Part shown: in pieces, positions 11,698 through 24,635 of the stretch | Layout: each line of letters begins with the position of its first letter | Position numbering within the stretch: the stretch's first letter is position 1 | Origin: Laetmonice hystrix | Taxonomy: Eukaryota | NCBI GenBank assembly: GCA_965235115.1 | Contig: OZ249436.1 | Location: 20,400,001-20,464,000 of the forward strand | DNA length: 64,000 nucleotides | Direction of reading: 5' to 3' | Made by a program: the position numbers and the translations under genes | The notes under the pieces: generated by a model | The model's input: only the letters and a program-made list of their open reading frames with translations | What the model was told of the DNA's origin: nothing | Databases searched by the model: none

Positions 11698-13167
11698 AGA
11701 CAAAAGATACGTTGTGGTGATACCACAATGGATCCCATCCCCGGGGTGTCCCGTTCAACATGTTAAGAGAAGCGATAACAATGGTGCTATCATGCACCCG
11801 TGACGACTTATAAGCCTTAGAAAATGGAAATTGTGTCATTATGACAAATGAAAGAGCATATGTAACTTCCAATTAGTGTTTAATAGTAACTCTGGTTCTA
11901 ACCTGAACCATTAACAAGTTATATCCCTGAAAAAATATGGATGACATCGTTATGACGTCATAGGTCACGTGACCTAAAAAATAATGGCCCCCAAATGAAG
12001 GAGCATAATATATGACTTCCCATTAGTGTCTAATAGTAACCATGGCTCTAACTTCAACCAATTACAAGTTATATCCCTGAGAAAATATGGTTGACATCGT
12101 TATGACGTCATAGATCACATGACCTGAAAAATAATGGCGCCAAATGAAAGAGCATACTAATGATTTCCTATTCGTCGTCAATAGTAACTATGGCCCTATC
12201 TGGCACTGTTAGAAGTTGTAGCCATATATAACTAAACTGACCACTGTTGAAAACTTCAAGGTCACGTGATTCAGTGAACATAGGTGAAATCGCTTTTCCC
12301 TGGATGATTCTACTAAAGCACTTGTTAAAGAGTGTTCCTGCCCAATATTGTTAAATTTTACCAGAAAATAAAGAAGAAGAAGAAGAAGAAGAAGAAGAAG
12401 AAGAAGAAGAAGAAGAAGAAGAAGAAGAAGAAGAAGAAGGAGGAGAATTATGGCTCCGTCTTAAATTTTTCAAGAGTTACAGCCGGGAATCTTCCAAATG
12501 ACCTAACTTTAAAACTTGCAGGTCACGTGGTTTAGCAACAATAGGTCAAATCCTTAAAAATAATGCTGCAAAACGAAAGATCATATCACTTCCTATTTGT
12601 GTACAATAATAAAGATGGCCCTCTATGAGAAGCGCCTTCGAGTTATAGTCATAGATATCTAAACTGGGCACTCTTCAAAAGTTCAATGTCACGTGACTTC
12701 GCGAAAATAGGTCAAATCCCTTATCCTTGGATACCTATTGAGATGCTCTTGTCAGAGAGTCCTTCTGCTAAATATTGTCACGTTTTATCAAAAAATGAAG
12801 AAGAAGTAGGGATTTAACCGATTTACTATCTAGGACCCAGTTCTCCCTAAGGTCAAAGATCAAAGGTCAAACGAAGGGTCAGTCCTTGGCAAGAGCCTTG
12901 AACTCCTTGATAGATATTGTAAATTCCCAATACGAACTTTAAAAATGGTCCCCAATGTCCCAAAAATTTGACGTCATGACACTACGTCACGTGACGTCAA
13001 GACTCATTGTCTGACCAGACTTCGTCATGGTCAACATGCCTACCAAGTCTGGTTGAGATATCTTGAAAACTGATTGAGATAGACGTACTGTTTACTACTA
13101 CTACTACACTGCAAAGACCATATAATTTCAAGATCCCATCCCCCTGTAGGGGGATGGGATAATAATA
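11698..13167 (-). mobile_element. Helentron-associated / DINE-1-like non-autonomous rolling-circle element (HINE)
   Basis: One end has a perfect 12-bp-stem hairpin ATCCCATCCCCC-TGTA-GGGGGATGGGAT (13133-13160) near a (CTA)n tract. The other end has a copy of the subterminal motif GATCCCATCCCC (11731-11742) plus a small hairpin TTGTGGT-GAT-ACCACAA (11712-11728) and an A/T-rich end. Internal diverged tandem blocks carry GGTCACGTGAC, plus (AAG)n. Confidence 0.75.
12371..12439. repeat. (AAG)23 microsatellite inside the HINE
   Basis: Perfect AAG run of 69 nt. Confidence 0.98.
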
Positions 13168-13330
13168 CAGAAGACGAAACCACACAATTTCAAAATCCCA
13201 TCCCCTCCGCAGGGGATGGGATAATTAGGCATGGGTGGACTGCTCGCCAACCCAAACTTCCAACTCGCACAGTCAGCAGTGACAAAAATGGCTCAGGGCA
13301 AACTATAAGGATTTATATAACGACCACAGA

Positions 13331-14076
13331 ATGAATGATGACGGAAACAAGCTAAGAAGCTACCGGAAATGTAAGCGAAATATTTATCACTTATACATAA
13401 CATAGAAACAAGGAAAAACCTGACAAAACATCAGTGCGCACAACCTCTCCATTGAAACAGGTCGACACAAGCAGGTCGACACCAGCGATCCCATATAAAA
13501 CCCCTGTGAGGGAGAGGTTATGGGAACATTGTGAAGAGCAAGAAATCGGGGACGAATATCATCTAATAATGACATGCAATAAATTTTATAGCTCGAGAAA
13601 CATATTTCTCCAAGAAGTGGTCCAAATATTCCCAATGTTCCAGCAAATGGAGAATATGGAGAGATTCATAATTATTCATAATGCGGTGAAATATGATACA
13701 ATCTGGCACGGATACTCTCTACAATAAGTATTACTCATATCAGGGGGAACTTTTAATAACATAGATATCCCTAGAGCCATTATATAATACCCCCTCCCCC
13801 CGGTTAGGATTCCAAGAAACCAAGACAAACCAGGAGCCCAAACTTGAAAACCCTGAAAACATCAACTAGTCCCCAGAGGTCACCATTGAGGGCGCAACAA
13901 AATCCAAGTCGAAATGCGTCGTGGGTAAACTAAGATCTTCTCTATAATTTATAGTTTGTAGATAATTGGTGATTTAATATAACTTTACGTTGTTATGTCC
14001 TGTTGTATTGTCTGCTTTGAACAAAACTTGAAAAGCATGTAAAACAAGTGACGTTCAATAAAGCTTCATTCATTCA
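13331..14076 (+). mobile_element. Degenerate 3' end of a non-LTR retrotransposon (ORF2 C-terminal Cys/His region, 3'UTR, tail)
   Basis: Translates NKLRSYRKCK...ISAHNLSIETGRH, then in a shifted frame TPVRERLWEHCEEQEIGDEYHLIMTCNKFY. This is the S.H.L.IE.GR...ER.C..C...DE.H...C motif of LINE ORF2 C-termini. In-frame stops and a frameshift; ends AATAAA plus (TTCA)n at ~14057-14075. Confidence 0.8.
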
Positions 14077-15471
14077 AGAATCGAAGCGCCTGTGTAAGTA
14101 AGCATCCTACCATTTCCTACCAGGTGGCGCTGTGTAATACATTAGTGCAAGCAGAAACCGGAAGATGGCACCTCTGCCGCACCACCATCATCATCACCAT
14201 CTCCCTCTCTCCCTGTTCTATTTTTTTCAAACGTTCTCCCTTTTTTTCATATTTTCAGTTTTCTTTTAATTCAAAGATAAACTTATTATAAATAAATCAT
14301 TACAGACAACTGAATGGGAAAGGTTAGGTTGCTGAGATGTTGAGTTAGACCACAAATCCTTAAACATAAATCCGTTTGTAGCAGTGCATTGACACCTTCC
14401 CTTTATGTATGCCCACTCGAAACGTTCAGGTGAGCGATGCTATGATGAACAGTGTACAGTGTGATGGATGAAAGGCGAGTGGCGACATAATGCCGGTGTC
14501 GCCAGGTGCCAACAGGAAGACACCCAGTGAGGATGAGAAGTTGATCAGTTCACCCTGGCAAGTCGCCCGCGCCCATGGCTCGCAGTGTGATCCACGCGCA
14601 GTCTCATCGCATCAACGGATTGCTTTTAGGAACCTTTGAGAATGATTTTAGGAACCTCTGTTACAGACTCTTTCGTTAAGCTCTACCGCATGCGAGTGTT
14701 TTCTACGTGTGAACGCAATCCGTTATTTTAAATACAATGTAGGCCTACTATTAATCGAGGTTTCTATGCCAGTCTGACAGAGCCTATTCCGTGTGATCAC
14801 AGGATATTTCTCTATAATAGGGCGATGAAGTTGATGATGAGTGAGAAATGAAGAATGCCTCAATGTAAATCAACAACTGCAGGACCTAGTGTTTCCTAGG
14901 CCGGACAGGGGGGATTTTTTAAACCAGTCGCCTCACGCGACATGCTTTTAAAATCACTTGTTGGCGAAGCGCAAAGCACAACCTAAAAATTCCAAACCGG
15001 TTAAAGAAAACACATTTTTATGTACGTCGTCGTATATCGTCCTAGGGCCTGTATCAACTTTTAAAAAGCATGAGAAATCGTAGTTTTACCATGCATCATT
15101 TTTCTAGCGTGTTTTAGTGGAATTTTAGCTCGAAATCGTTATGGTTTCCTTTCTCACGCACACATCGTTTGGGGTATTGGCGTGCAAACAATAGACGCCC
15201 GTCGCCCCGTCGTGACAAGTTGGACCTGCCATCTGTGACAAGTGAATCCTATTGTTCCTTATTCATCTGACAAAGTTAATTCTGTAGTTAGCACATGGTC
15301 GGCACAAAGCCTGTCGCTCGGAGCAGGTGGTCGTGCATTCTGAGTGCGAGCGAAGGTCACTTATGTTTGCGTTATGATCCTCCAACTTGAGTGTTGGCGG
15401 GGGGGGGGGTTCTCCGGCAGTGTATGCGGCGGTATGCTTACGTGTAATATGTATAGGTTTCCGTGTATAGG

Positions 15472-15748
15472 CAGTGGCGGATCCAGGGCCCCACCCCCCC
15501 CCCCCCCACCCCACGCCCATCCCCCCTATTTTCCAAACTCTTGCCTATTTTCTACGTTTCATGCTTAAAAATAATGGAATTTCGTTGAAAGATTTTGGGA
15601 GGAATTTCTACTCTACATGTTCAGAAAACACGTCTCCGATGTTCCTAAAAAAAAATCGGGGGGGGGGGGCCCAGCCCCCTAAAAATGGGCCACTGATTAT
15701 CCACCACAAGGTGGGCCCTCCTTTTCTGAAATCCTGGATCCGCCACTG
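15472..15748. mobile_element. MITE with perfect 16-bp TIR
   Basis: CAGTGGCGGATCCAGG ... CCTGGATCCGCCACTG. Flanks ATAGG/GTAGG form a near 5-bp TSD. Related degenerate copies at ~44225-44482 and ~57440-57503. Confidence 0.88.
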
Positions 15749-16297
15749 GTAGGGGTGTGTATAAGTGTTTCTATAAAACAGAAGTTGGTGGCTATGACGT
15801 AATCGTTAAACAACTTATAACCTGCCATATTGCGGTCATGGCTTAAATGTGGAGATTACGGTTAAAAGACGATCGAGGTAAAATCAGTGAAGCTCGAAAT
15901 ATGACGACCAACTTGCCAGTACAACTGTTATAATCTAGTCAGTGGATTCAGCTATATCGTACCGGTCGGCCATTTGTTCTGTGCAGCAATGATCCATCAT
16001 CGCATCGCGGGGAAAAACAACGGTCCAACAATGCACTTTAGTGGATCTAGGCCCTACCAGGGACTATAGGGGCCTTGTCCCATAGATCGACTAGCTTTGC
16101 AATGCCCATCCGATTTTGGATTTGGAGAACTGTAAAAATATTTGCGTGCTGGTCACCCCTAATTCTGAAAAGGATCATTACTCGAAATTGAAGTATGAAT
16201 ACGCAATAAGGCAGAAAATCATCTCAATAGACAAGGCCCGTCCTTTTACATTGTTCCTTTCAGGCCAGCAGGCGTCCATCCTCTGTGAGGGGACATT

Positions 16298-16701
16298 GGG
16301 TAAGGTCAAATCTAAGGTCACTGTCTCAACAACGTGTTAACACCTAAAACACACCTTGGAAACACCTAGATAACTCAGGTGTCCCCTTGATCTCAGTAAG
16401 CTCCCAGGTGTCTTTGAAATACCATAGAAAACCTATACCTAAAGTGTTAACCGCCTGTGGGTTAACACCTGAGACAGGTCAAAACTCAAGTCAAGCTTAT
16501 TCCTTATTCCACTGGTAGGAGTGGCGACCAGGTGTGATTGATGTGTCAGGTAAGTGTTACCTGAGTTTCATCAAAGTGTTAACTGGGTGTTGTCAAAATG
16601 TTAACTGGAGCCTGGTGTTAAAGGTCCAAGTTAACACTTTTCCTTGAGATAACACCTGGATAATTCAGGCGTATAGATAACTCTCATATTTGACCTCACC
16701 C
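16298..16701. mobile_element. MITE (PIF/Harbinger-like) with 14-bp TIR and 3-bp TSD ATT
   Basis: GGGTAAGGTCAAAT ... ATTTGACCTCACCC (1 mismatch). ATT at 16295-16297 and 16702-16704. Internal GTTAACAC motifs. It splits the first unit of the 43-bp minisatellite. Confidence 0.85.
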
Positions 16702-17533
16702 ATTGTGTTGGAGGCCAGCAGGCGTTCGTCATCTGTGAGGGGACATTGTGTTGGAGGCCAGCAGGCGTTCATCCTCTGTGAGGGGACATTGTGTTGGAGG
16801 TCAGTAGGCGTTCGTCCTCTGTGAGGGGACATTGTGTTGGAGGTTAGCAGGCGTTCGTCCTCTGTGAGGGGACATTGTGTTGGAGGCCAGCAGGCGTTCG
16901 TCATCTGTGAGGGGACATTGTGTTGGAGGCCAGCAGGCGTTCGTCCTCTGTGAGGGGACATTGTGTTGGAGGCCAGCAGGCGTTCGTCCTCTGTGAGGGG
17001 ACATTGTGTTGGAGGCCAGCAGGCGTTCGTCATCTGTGAGGGGACATTGTGTTGGAGGCCAGCAGGCGTTCGTCCTCTGTGAGGGGACATTGTGTTGGAG
17101 GCCAGCAGGCGTTCGTCCTCTGTGAGGGGACATTGTGTTGGAGGCCAGCAGGCGTTCGTCCCCTGTGAGGGGACATTGTGTTGGAGGCCAGCAGGCGTTC
17201 GTCCTCTGTGAGGGGACATTGTGTTGGAGGCCAGCAGGCGTTCGTCCTCTGTGAGGGGACATTGTGTTGGAGGCCAGCAGGCGTTCGTCCTCTGTGAGGG
17301 GACATTGTGTTGGAGGCCAGCAGGCGTTCGTCCTCTGTGAGGGGACATTGTGTTGGAGGCCAGCAGGCGTTCGTCCTCTGTGAGGGGACATTGTGTTGGA
17401 GGCCAGCAGGCGTTCGTCCTCTGTGAGGGGACATTGTGTTGGAGGCCAGCAGGCGTTCGTCCTCTGTGAGGGGACATTGTGTTGGAGGCCAGCAGGCGTT
17501 CGTCCTCTGTGAGGGGACATCGTGTTGGAGGTC
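16702..17533. repeat. 43-bp minisatellite, ~19 near-identical copies (plus a detached partial unit at 16262-16297)
   Basis: Unit CATTGTGTTGGAGGCCAGCAGGCGTTCGTCCTCTGTGAGGGGA. Confidence 0.97.
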
Positions 17534-18883
17534 CATATGTGTGAAAGGTAGTCTATGTAATGATCGGATGGGATGCTAGGAGCCGTCAGTGGTCTACTCT
17601 TCTCGTTAAATGGTCATACAAACATGGCGGGGCATACCAGATTCGTTGACAGCCCAGTAAAGTAACACTGGGGAAGGTCAGGAAACGTGGTGAACTCGGC
17701 GGGAGTTGAACTCACAATCTAGTCATGGAGACCTAGTCTGGTAGAACGATTGTTCAAAGTACTGTTACTTGGTGGACTGTCTTATCTGTCAAAAAAGAAT
17801 AAAGTATGCCATTGCGCGAAATTTACTGGACTAAATGGCAGGGACGATAAGTTCAATTAACCTTGTACAGTACATTCCTGGTAACCTACAAATTGACATC
17901 ATCCCCTGATATAAATATCTGCGTAGTTTTACAAATGGGCCCAGTTTCTACGTCTGGCGTCTTGGTCAAGGAGTTGACAGGAATCGAACGACCAATCGGC
18001 GAGGTTTAGGGGAAGGGGTATGGAAATATTACCCTGCCTTTCATCAAAGCCATCGATTTTGTGTCCGCGACTGGGCTGGGTCAGCGAGAAAACAGCTGGT
18101 TTGCCGAGGTCTCTGTGATGCCTGGTGATTCAGCGCTCGGTAAGGAATGTACAGTAGCTTTTACGAAATAAAAAATAATAATTTTTTTAAACAAATAAAA
18201 TCACAAAGACAGACATTGTTTTTATCCCGCTAAGGCGATGTTACAATGTTGGATTAATTCCCTACCACCAACAACAGTTCGTGTTTTCCCTTTCCTGATG
18301 AATGGCCAAGAAACAGGCATGGGACTGGGATTTGATATTTAGATTTCTTATTAAAACTTTATGTCTCTGTGAATGCAAACAAAGAGAAAAGGTCTGTCCA
18401 CACAAACAATGAAAATTCTCAAAGAGAAACCATAAAATTAAAAATTGAAACAATAAAGGTATCTTTGTCCCCATGTTCTGTCTTCCGAAATGAATGTTTT
18501 TAATCCAATATTTACGACGATCAGAACGGATGAATTCTTGAAGCAGCAGACTTATAGTACCTCTATAGAACCTGCCCCTGAGCACTATAATATAAGTTTC
18601 TAGTATCGAAGAGTCAGGGGTTCTTGGGCAGACTCAAGTACATGAACCCGCCCAAAACGGCTGTTTGTATTCAGATGTGAGTCTCCCCGACTGGACCACA
18701 TGTGAGCAGGCCTCAGCCAAATTCTGGAAACTTCAGAGGCCCCTGGTGTAAGGGTCAGTAAGGACAGAGTGAGACAATGATGTTTTCCATGCCTGACGAC
18801 ATGACATCTTTGCGACGTCAAGCGGTAGGTCTCTCACAGGTCACGTGACTCTCCCAACACCATTGCCAGGTTCGCTGATGATA

Positions 18884-19968
18884 GCGGTGGAAAGCGGTGG
18901 TGGGAGCGGTGAGGAGCGGTGGTGGGGCCGGTGGGAGCGGTGGTGGGGCCGGTGGTGGGAGCGGTGGGGAGTGGTGGTGGGAGCGGTGGGGAGTGGTGGT
19001 GGGAGCGATGGGGAGCGGTGGTGGGGCCGGTGGGAGCGGTGGTGGGAGCGGTGGTGGGAGCGGTGGGGAGCGGTGGTGGGGCCGGTGGGAGCGGTGGTGG
19101 GAGTGGTGGTGGGAGCGATGGGGAGCGGTGGTGGGGCCGGTGGGAGCGGTGGTGGGAGTGGTGGTGGGAGCGATGGGGAGCGGTGGTGGGGCCGGTGGGA
19201 GCGGTGGTGGGAGTGGTGGTGGGAGCGATAGGGAGCGGTGGTGGGGCCGGTGGGAGCGGTGGTGGGAGTGGTGGTGGGAGCGATGGGGAGCGGTGGTGGG
19301 GCCGGTGGGAGCGGTGGTGGGAGTGGTGGTGGGAGCGATGGGGAGCGGTGGTGGGGCCGGTGGGAGTGGTGGTGGGAGCGATGGGGAGCGGTGGTGGGGC
19401 CGGTGGGGAGTGGTGGTGGGAGCGATGGGGAGCGGTGGTGGGGCCGGTGGGAGTGGTGGTGGGAGCGATGGGGAGCGGTGGTGGGGCCGGTGGGAGCGGT
19501 GGTGGGAGCGATGGGGAGCGGTGGTGGGGCCGGTGGGGAGTGGTGGTGGGAGCGGTGGTGAGCGGTGGTGGGGCCGGTGGGAGCGGTGGTGGGAGCGGTG
19601 GTGGGAGCGATGGGGAGCGGTGGTGGGGCCGGTGGGAGCGGTGGTGGGAGTGGTGGTGGGAGCGATGGGGAGCGGTGGTGGGGCCGGTGGGAGCGGTGGT
19701 GGGAGTGGTGGTGGGAGCGATGGGGAGCGGTGGTGGGGCCGGTGGGAGTGGTGGTGGGAGCGATGGGGAGCGGTGGTGGGGCCGGTGGGGAGTGGTGGTG
19801 GGAGCGGTGGTGGGAGCGGTGGTGGGAGCGGTGGTGGGAGCGGTGGTGGGAGCGGTGGTGGGAGCGGTGGTGGGAGCGGTGGTGGGAGCGGTGGTGGGAG
19901 CGGTGGTGGGAGCGATGAGGAGGGGTGGTGGGAGCGGTGGTGGAAGCGGTGGGGGGAGCGGTGGGGAG
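18884..19968. repeat. G-rich compound minisatellite based on the 12-mer GGGAGCGGTGGT with variants
   Basis: Pure 12-bp run at ~19800-19915. Variant modules GGGGCCGGT and GGGAGCGATG form higher-order blocks. Extreme G skew on +. Confidence 0.95.
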
Positions 19969-19971
19969 TGC

Positions 19972-20257
19972 TGGCCTGCTGACGGTGGCCTGCTGGCGGT
20001 GGCCTGCTGGCGGTGGCCTGCTGGCGGTGGCCTGCTGACGGTGGCCCGCTGACGGTGGCCTGCTGACGGTGGCCTGCTGGCGGTGGCCTGCTGACGGTGG
20101 CCCGCTGACGGTGGCCCTGGCGGTGGCCTGCTGACGGTGGCCCGCTGACGGTGGTCTGCTGACGGTGGCTTGCTGACGGTGGCCCGCTGGCGGTGGCCCG
20201 CTGACGGTGGCTCGCCGACGGTGGCCTGCTGTCGGTGGCCTGCTGACGGTGGCCCGC
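19972..20257. repeat. 14-bp minisatellite G(A/G)CGGTGGCCTGCT, ~20 copies
   Basis: Directly abuts the 12-mer array and shares its CGGTGG core. Confidence 0.93.
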
Positions 20258-23200
20258 CGTGTGTGCCCCTCCCCCGCCCCGTCTATGCGTCCACCCTCCG
20301 TGAATCACTTATAACACACTCACGGGATCGATGTGTTATCTGTGTACCTTTTGATGACGCAAGAAAGTGTGGGAAAACTCTCTCTGTGTGACCCCCGTGT
20401 CTTTGTTTTTTAATTAGACCCGGGGCGTATCTGAAGCAGCTCTAATGCACAGCGCCCTTTGCGTGCTGTGCCTCACAGCCAATGAAACAATGCAAGGGCA
20501 CAACTGGATTCCGCTGTGGTGCCAATGGATGCGACTAACACAAGTAGACGCCGCGCCCTTTTGCATGTATCCATTTCCTTCGTTGTGGCAGCAAGCCACT
20601 TGGAACTAACACGGGGTTGTCTCATTGGAATGGATGCGCTGGTGTGGGTGAATGATGTGGAATCCAGCAGACATAGAATCTATACAACCCAGGCAGTGTT
20701 TATCCTTCCAGCCCATGGAGGTAATGGCAGAAAAAAACCTTAATACTTAGATAACACGTAAGGAAAAAGCTCAGTTGTCTTTATCGGTCGCAGAAACCTT
20801 TGGTTGTTACCACATTGGCTCATGTTCCATGGGCCTGTAAAGGGCATTCCGTTACCACCTCCCCCCCCCCCCGAGTCCGCAGTCGGTGCACTCGATTTGC
20901 TTCTATGAACAAGACTAGGAAACATAAAAGAGTTTAATAACCCAAGGACTGTCTCTTTGTTCTTCAAAGATCTATAGTGATAAGGCCCAGCCATTGACAA
21001 AGAAATGACAACGGTGCTACTGCGACTGAAAAAGCAGCGAGTGTGGAGGAGATTTTGCCTGCAGCAAATCCGCTTCTCGCTATACTACTCTCGCCAGTAC
21101 CATCAGCGCCATCTAGCGACCAAACGACTACCGACACCTGAATCACTTTTAGCGAGTGATTGCACGTCTTTACTCGATCCAAAGTTATCGACTTTTTGCA
21201 GGAAGACAAGGGAATGCCTTCTGATAGTGCTCGGTCATAGCAGCAACGTTAAACGTCTGCATCATAGACAGAGAATGAAGGACAGTCTTACAAACCAAAT
21301 TAATGTACTCTTAGCGGCTTCTGCTATACTTGGTTTTTGCTTATATTTTTTTTTAATTTCTGAATCACGATGGGCAGGTTATATATCGACGAGTAGATCT
21401 AAATATTGATATTAACCTATATGTCGCTAAGAGACTTTATAAGTCATAATTATATTGCGGGTAAATTCTTGGTGCTGAAAGGATGCAGATATGACGTATG
21501 ATGTCATTTGTTTGAATAAAATGAAGAAATGTATAACTGTGATGTTTAATTTGAGGAGCTAAGGTTCAATGAAAATATTGACCGTTGACTGCAGTTATGG
21601 TACTGTATTTTACTGGGTAATATTGGCAGGGTCTGGATGAATAACAATAAAATAGCAGTAACATATGACAGTTCTATCCAGATAAGACTTTACAAATAAT
21701 GCAAATCCAGTTTAAAAATGTGTCGAAGGTGATGTCCTTCAATGTTCAGAGGGAAGGCCCACGCCAATATAACCCCAGGGACCCTCCCTGCAGAGAACGG
21801 GTACGTCACACCTGTGCAGACGTGTGTACATTGTGAAGGCAGAGGTTGTGTGGGCGTACGTGCAGGCAAGGAGGGAGGGAGTCGGGTCGGGTGGCCCCGG
21901 AGTCGGGTGGGCGGTGCCGGGGTGGCCCGGGAGCCGGGTGGGCGGTGCAGGAGTAAGCGGACAAGTTTCACTGCCCGAGCATTGAGTCGACGATCTTATC
22001 GCGCGCCGCTCGGATGTCGAGTGGTGCCGAGTGGTGCCGAGTGGCGACAATCAAACACCACCGACTCGATCCACGACCACCACCGACCCGATCTCCGAGC
22101 TGTGCACACCTGTTCACCGGTAGTCGAGTCCACTCGCCCGGCACCCCTGAAACACCAAGGGGTGGCAGGATACGCCAGATTTCTCGACGTATTAAATAGA
22201 TTTAATACAATGTATCGAGCTTTATAACTCGCATATACATTTGGCGAGATATAGAGCTACGGTCAATGTCCTGGTGTACGTAGTTATAAAGATATACATA
22301 TAGGACACATCTGACACTTATATTATACACGGCTTAATCTCATGTTTGAAACAATTCATAGACAGAACAACAGTTATACGTGTCTCAATGAGATCAATAA
22401 CAAAAATCACGGAGACTGATTCGACCTTTTCATTCACCGTCTCCATGACTGCATTTTTAGGTACAAGCTTCCTTAAAGATTTACTAACTGGCTCCCTCTT
22501 TTCAGGTAAAGTTATCGAAAGGTTCATGATTCTTGATCAAACAAACGTCGTTGCGTTTTCTGTTGTTAACACATTTTAAATGCGTGTGCAGAGGCCATGA
22601 GCGGTCGGCTTTTTGGGTGGCATAAAGCTTCAGACACGCATACATTAACCATGGCTGAGCAAACATCACCCGGCAAGGGGAGCGGTCGATAGCGACCTGA
22701 CGACAGGTGTTCCATGAGTGAATATGTAAAGTTAGTAAAATCACATAGCCAGCCAGAACTAAATCATCCATTACTGCGGTGGGCTATACAGGCCGTGGCG
22801 GCTGTAGTCTGCCGGTCGGCTGGGGCAGGGAGTTGCCACCTCCAGGTACCGTACGCTCAGTGCAGTTTTGCACCTGAGGTCAGCCTGATTTACGAGCAGG
22901 AGATTGCCGCTCACAGACTGGGTGTTGTCGGTGGGGTATATGGCAAAGGGCGTCTTTATCAAACACCATTGTCAGTCCGAGCGGCGACAGGCCCCCTCAA
23001 TAGGTATTGTGCACCTGTAGTGAATGCGCCCGGCGTACACACACACACGTCGGCAGACAGGTATTAGAGGCGCTAGCCTAGCGTGTCGACCGCCTGTTTG
23101 ACATACCTGTTGGACGCCCAGGTGTGCTCCCTCCGTTTTGCCCCCCACCTTGACCCCAACCGGGGAGTCTTTAGTGCGCTCGTGAACCAGATTTTTGTGG

Positions 23201-24635
23201 GACCACGGCGGAACATAAGATTGTGTCAACTTTTTTCTTCGCATCGTGAAGCAAGACAAAGCTGCAATAAATACTAATTATTGCACGCGTTTAGCTTGTT
23301 GCCGGATATACAAAGGAAGTACCCCCTTTAAGTAATTATGTGTTTATCTTATGTAAACAGTAACTCAAACATAATAACGTCTATTTACTATCTCCCATCA
23401 GGGCAAGCTTTAATAACCATTTAACCTATTCATTTACCAAATACAATACGTGGAGATTTTATACTTGAACTTTTTTCCATCTCATGAGTGATCAATCTCA
23501 GTTTGTTGGGAATAGACGGGCGTGACTATACCCGAACGTGTGCTATACGCGCCGGTCGAAGCTCGCAGGATCTGGAGAGTCATAAATATCAGTCCCACTC
23601 TCCGCCAGGGGCCGCCCCACCCCCCCCCCCCCGACCCTCCCCGCCAGGCGCACCTCATTCCCCCATTGACGGGCCACCGCCCGGGCTCAGGTGGGTGAGC
23701 GCCACGATTGACTGCGCCCACAGGTGGCCCACAGGTGGGGAGCGGTCTTTTGACGGCCCACCAGACCTGCGCCACTCACCTGACAATAGCCGTGCTCAAT
23801 TGCGTCCCGCTGACAATGGCTGGGTATTGAAAGTGTCGTCCGTATGGGACTGGGCTGGCTGTCACAGGCTGGCGACCGGCATTTATACCATATGGCCGTC
23901 ATGGGACGCCCTGCCGATGTCAAAGTGGCCCCCGTGGCCACGGGGATACACTCACAAGAATAGGTGGCGATCGCCCGGTCAAATTATAATTCTGTAGTGG
24001 TAGCAGTCATTATGGCACACTGTCAAACGGGTCGGCAGTGGGTGGTTGTAATGACCTTCTCTGGTCTGTACTGTCTGCTTGCGAACCGTCTGGGAACATT
24101 GACTGAGGCAAGGGGCACTTTGATGTGCTGGGTCGTACGACCCCAGACAGACAATCGGCAATTGTGTTTAGGCACAGGGTGAAAATTGTATTTGAAACTG
24201 TTTAGGGGCAAAAGGAATAGCCCGAGGTATAGAATACCTATTGCACAATGATTATTATAGAAAACTTTGGTCAATACTAACATGGATTTTAACAAGCAGT
24301 ACTCCCGAACTAGTTAATGACAATGTCCGTATTGTCGGGGGGTTTTATTTATGTTTGTGTTTAACAAATTCATCAATTATCTGGTTTCATTGATGAAGCC
24401 TTGATGTATTAGCGTATCGGAGTTTTAATCAGGGAGGCGGAGGTGCTAACGGAACGACTAACTTCTATACTCGAACCGTTTACTTTGTGAAAGTTATGCC
24501 GTAACCGTACCGTGACTGTGTGCCATGCCCTTACATGCCTATCCTTTCACCCAACCCCGTCCTTGTTTAAAACGATTATTAAAAGTCTTTGAAACTGAAG
24601 GAAGACATATCAAGATGACAGGTGTCCAGGACATA

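Noticed and set aside
12332..12535. Poly-Lys ORF
   Set aside because: Translation of the (AAG)23 microsatellite inside the HINE.
15190..22812. BMP/Smad response elements (vertebrate ATOH8 is a BMP target)
   Set aside because: The best manual matches (AGAC-N4-GTCGCC ~15193; GGCGGC-N4-GTCTG ~22797) have 4-nt rather than the canonical 5-nt spacing.
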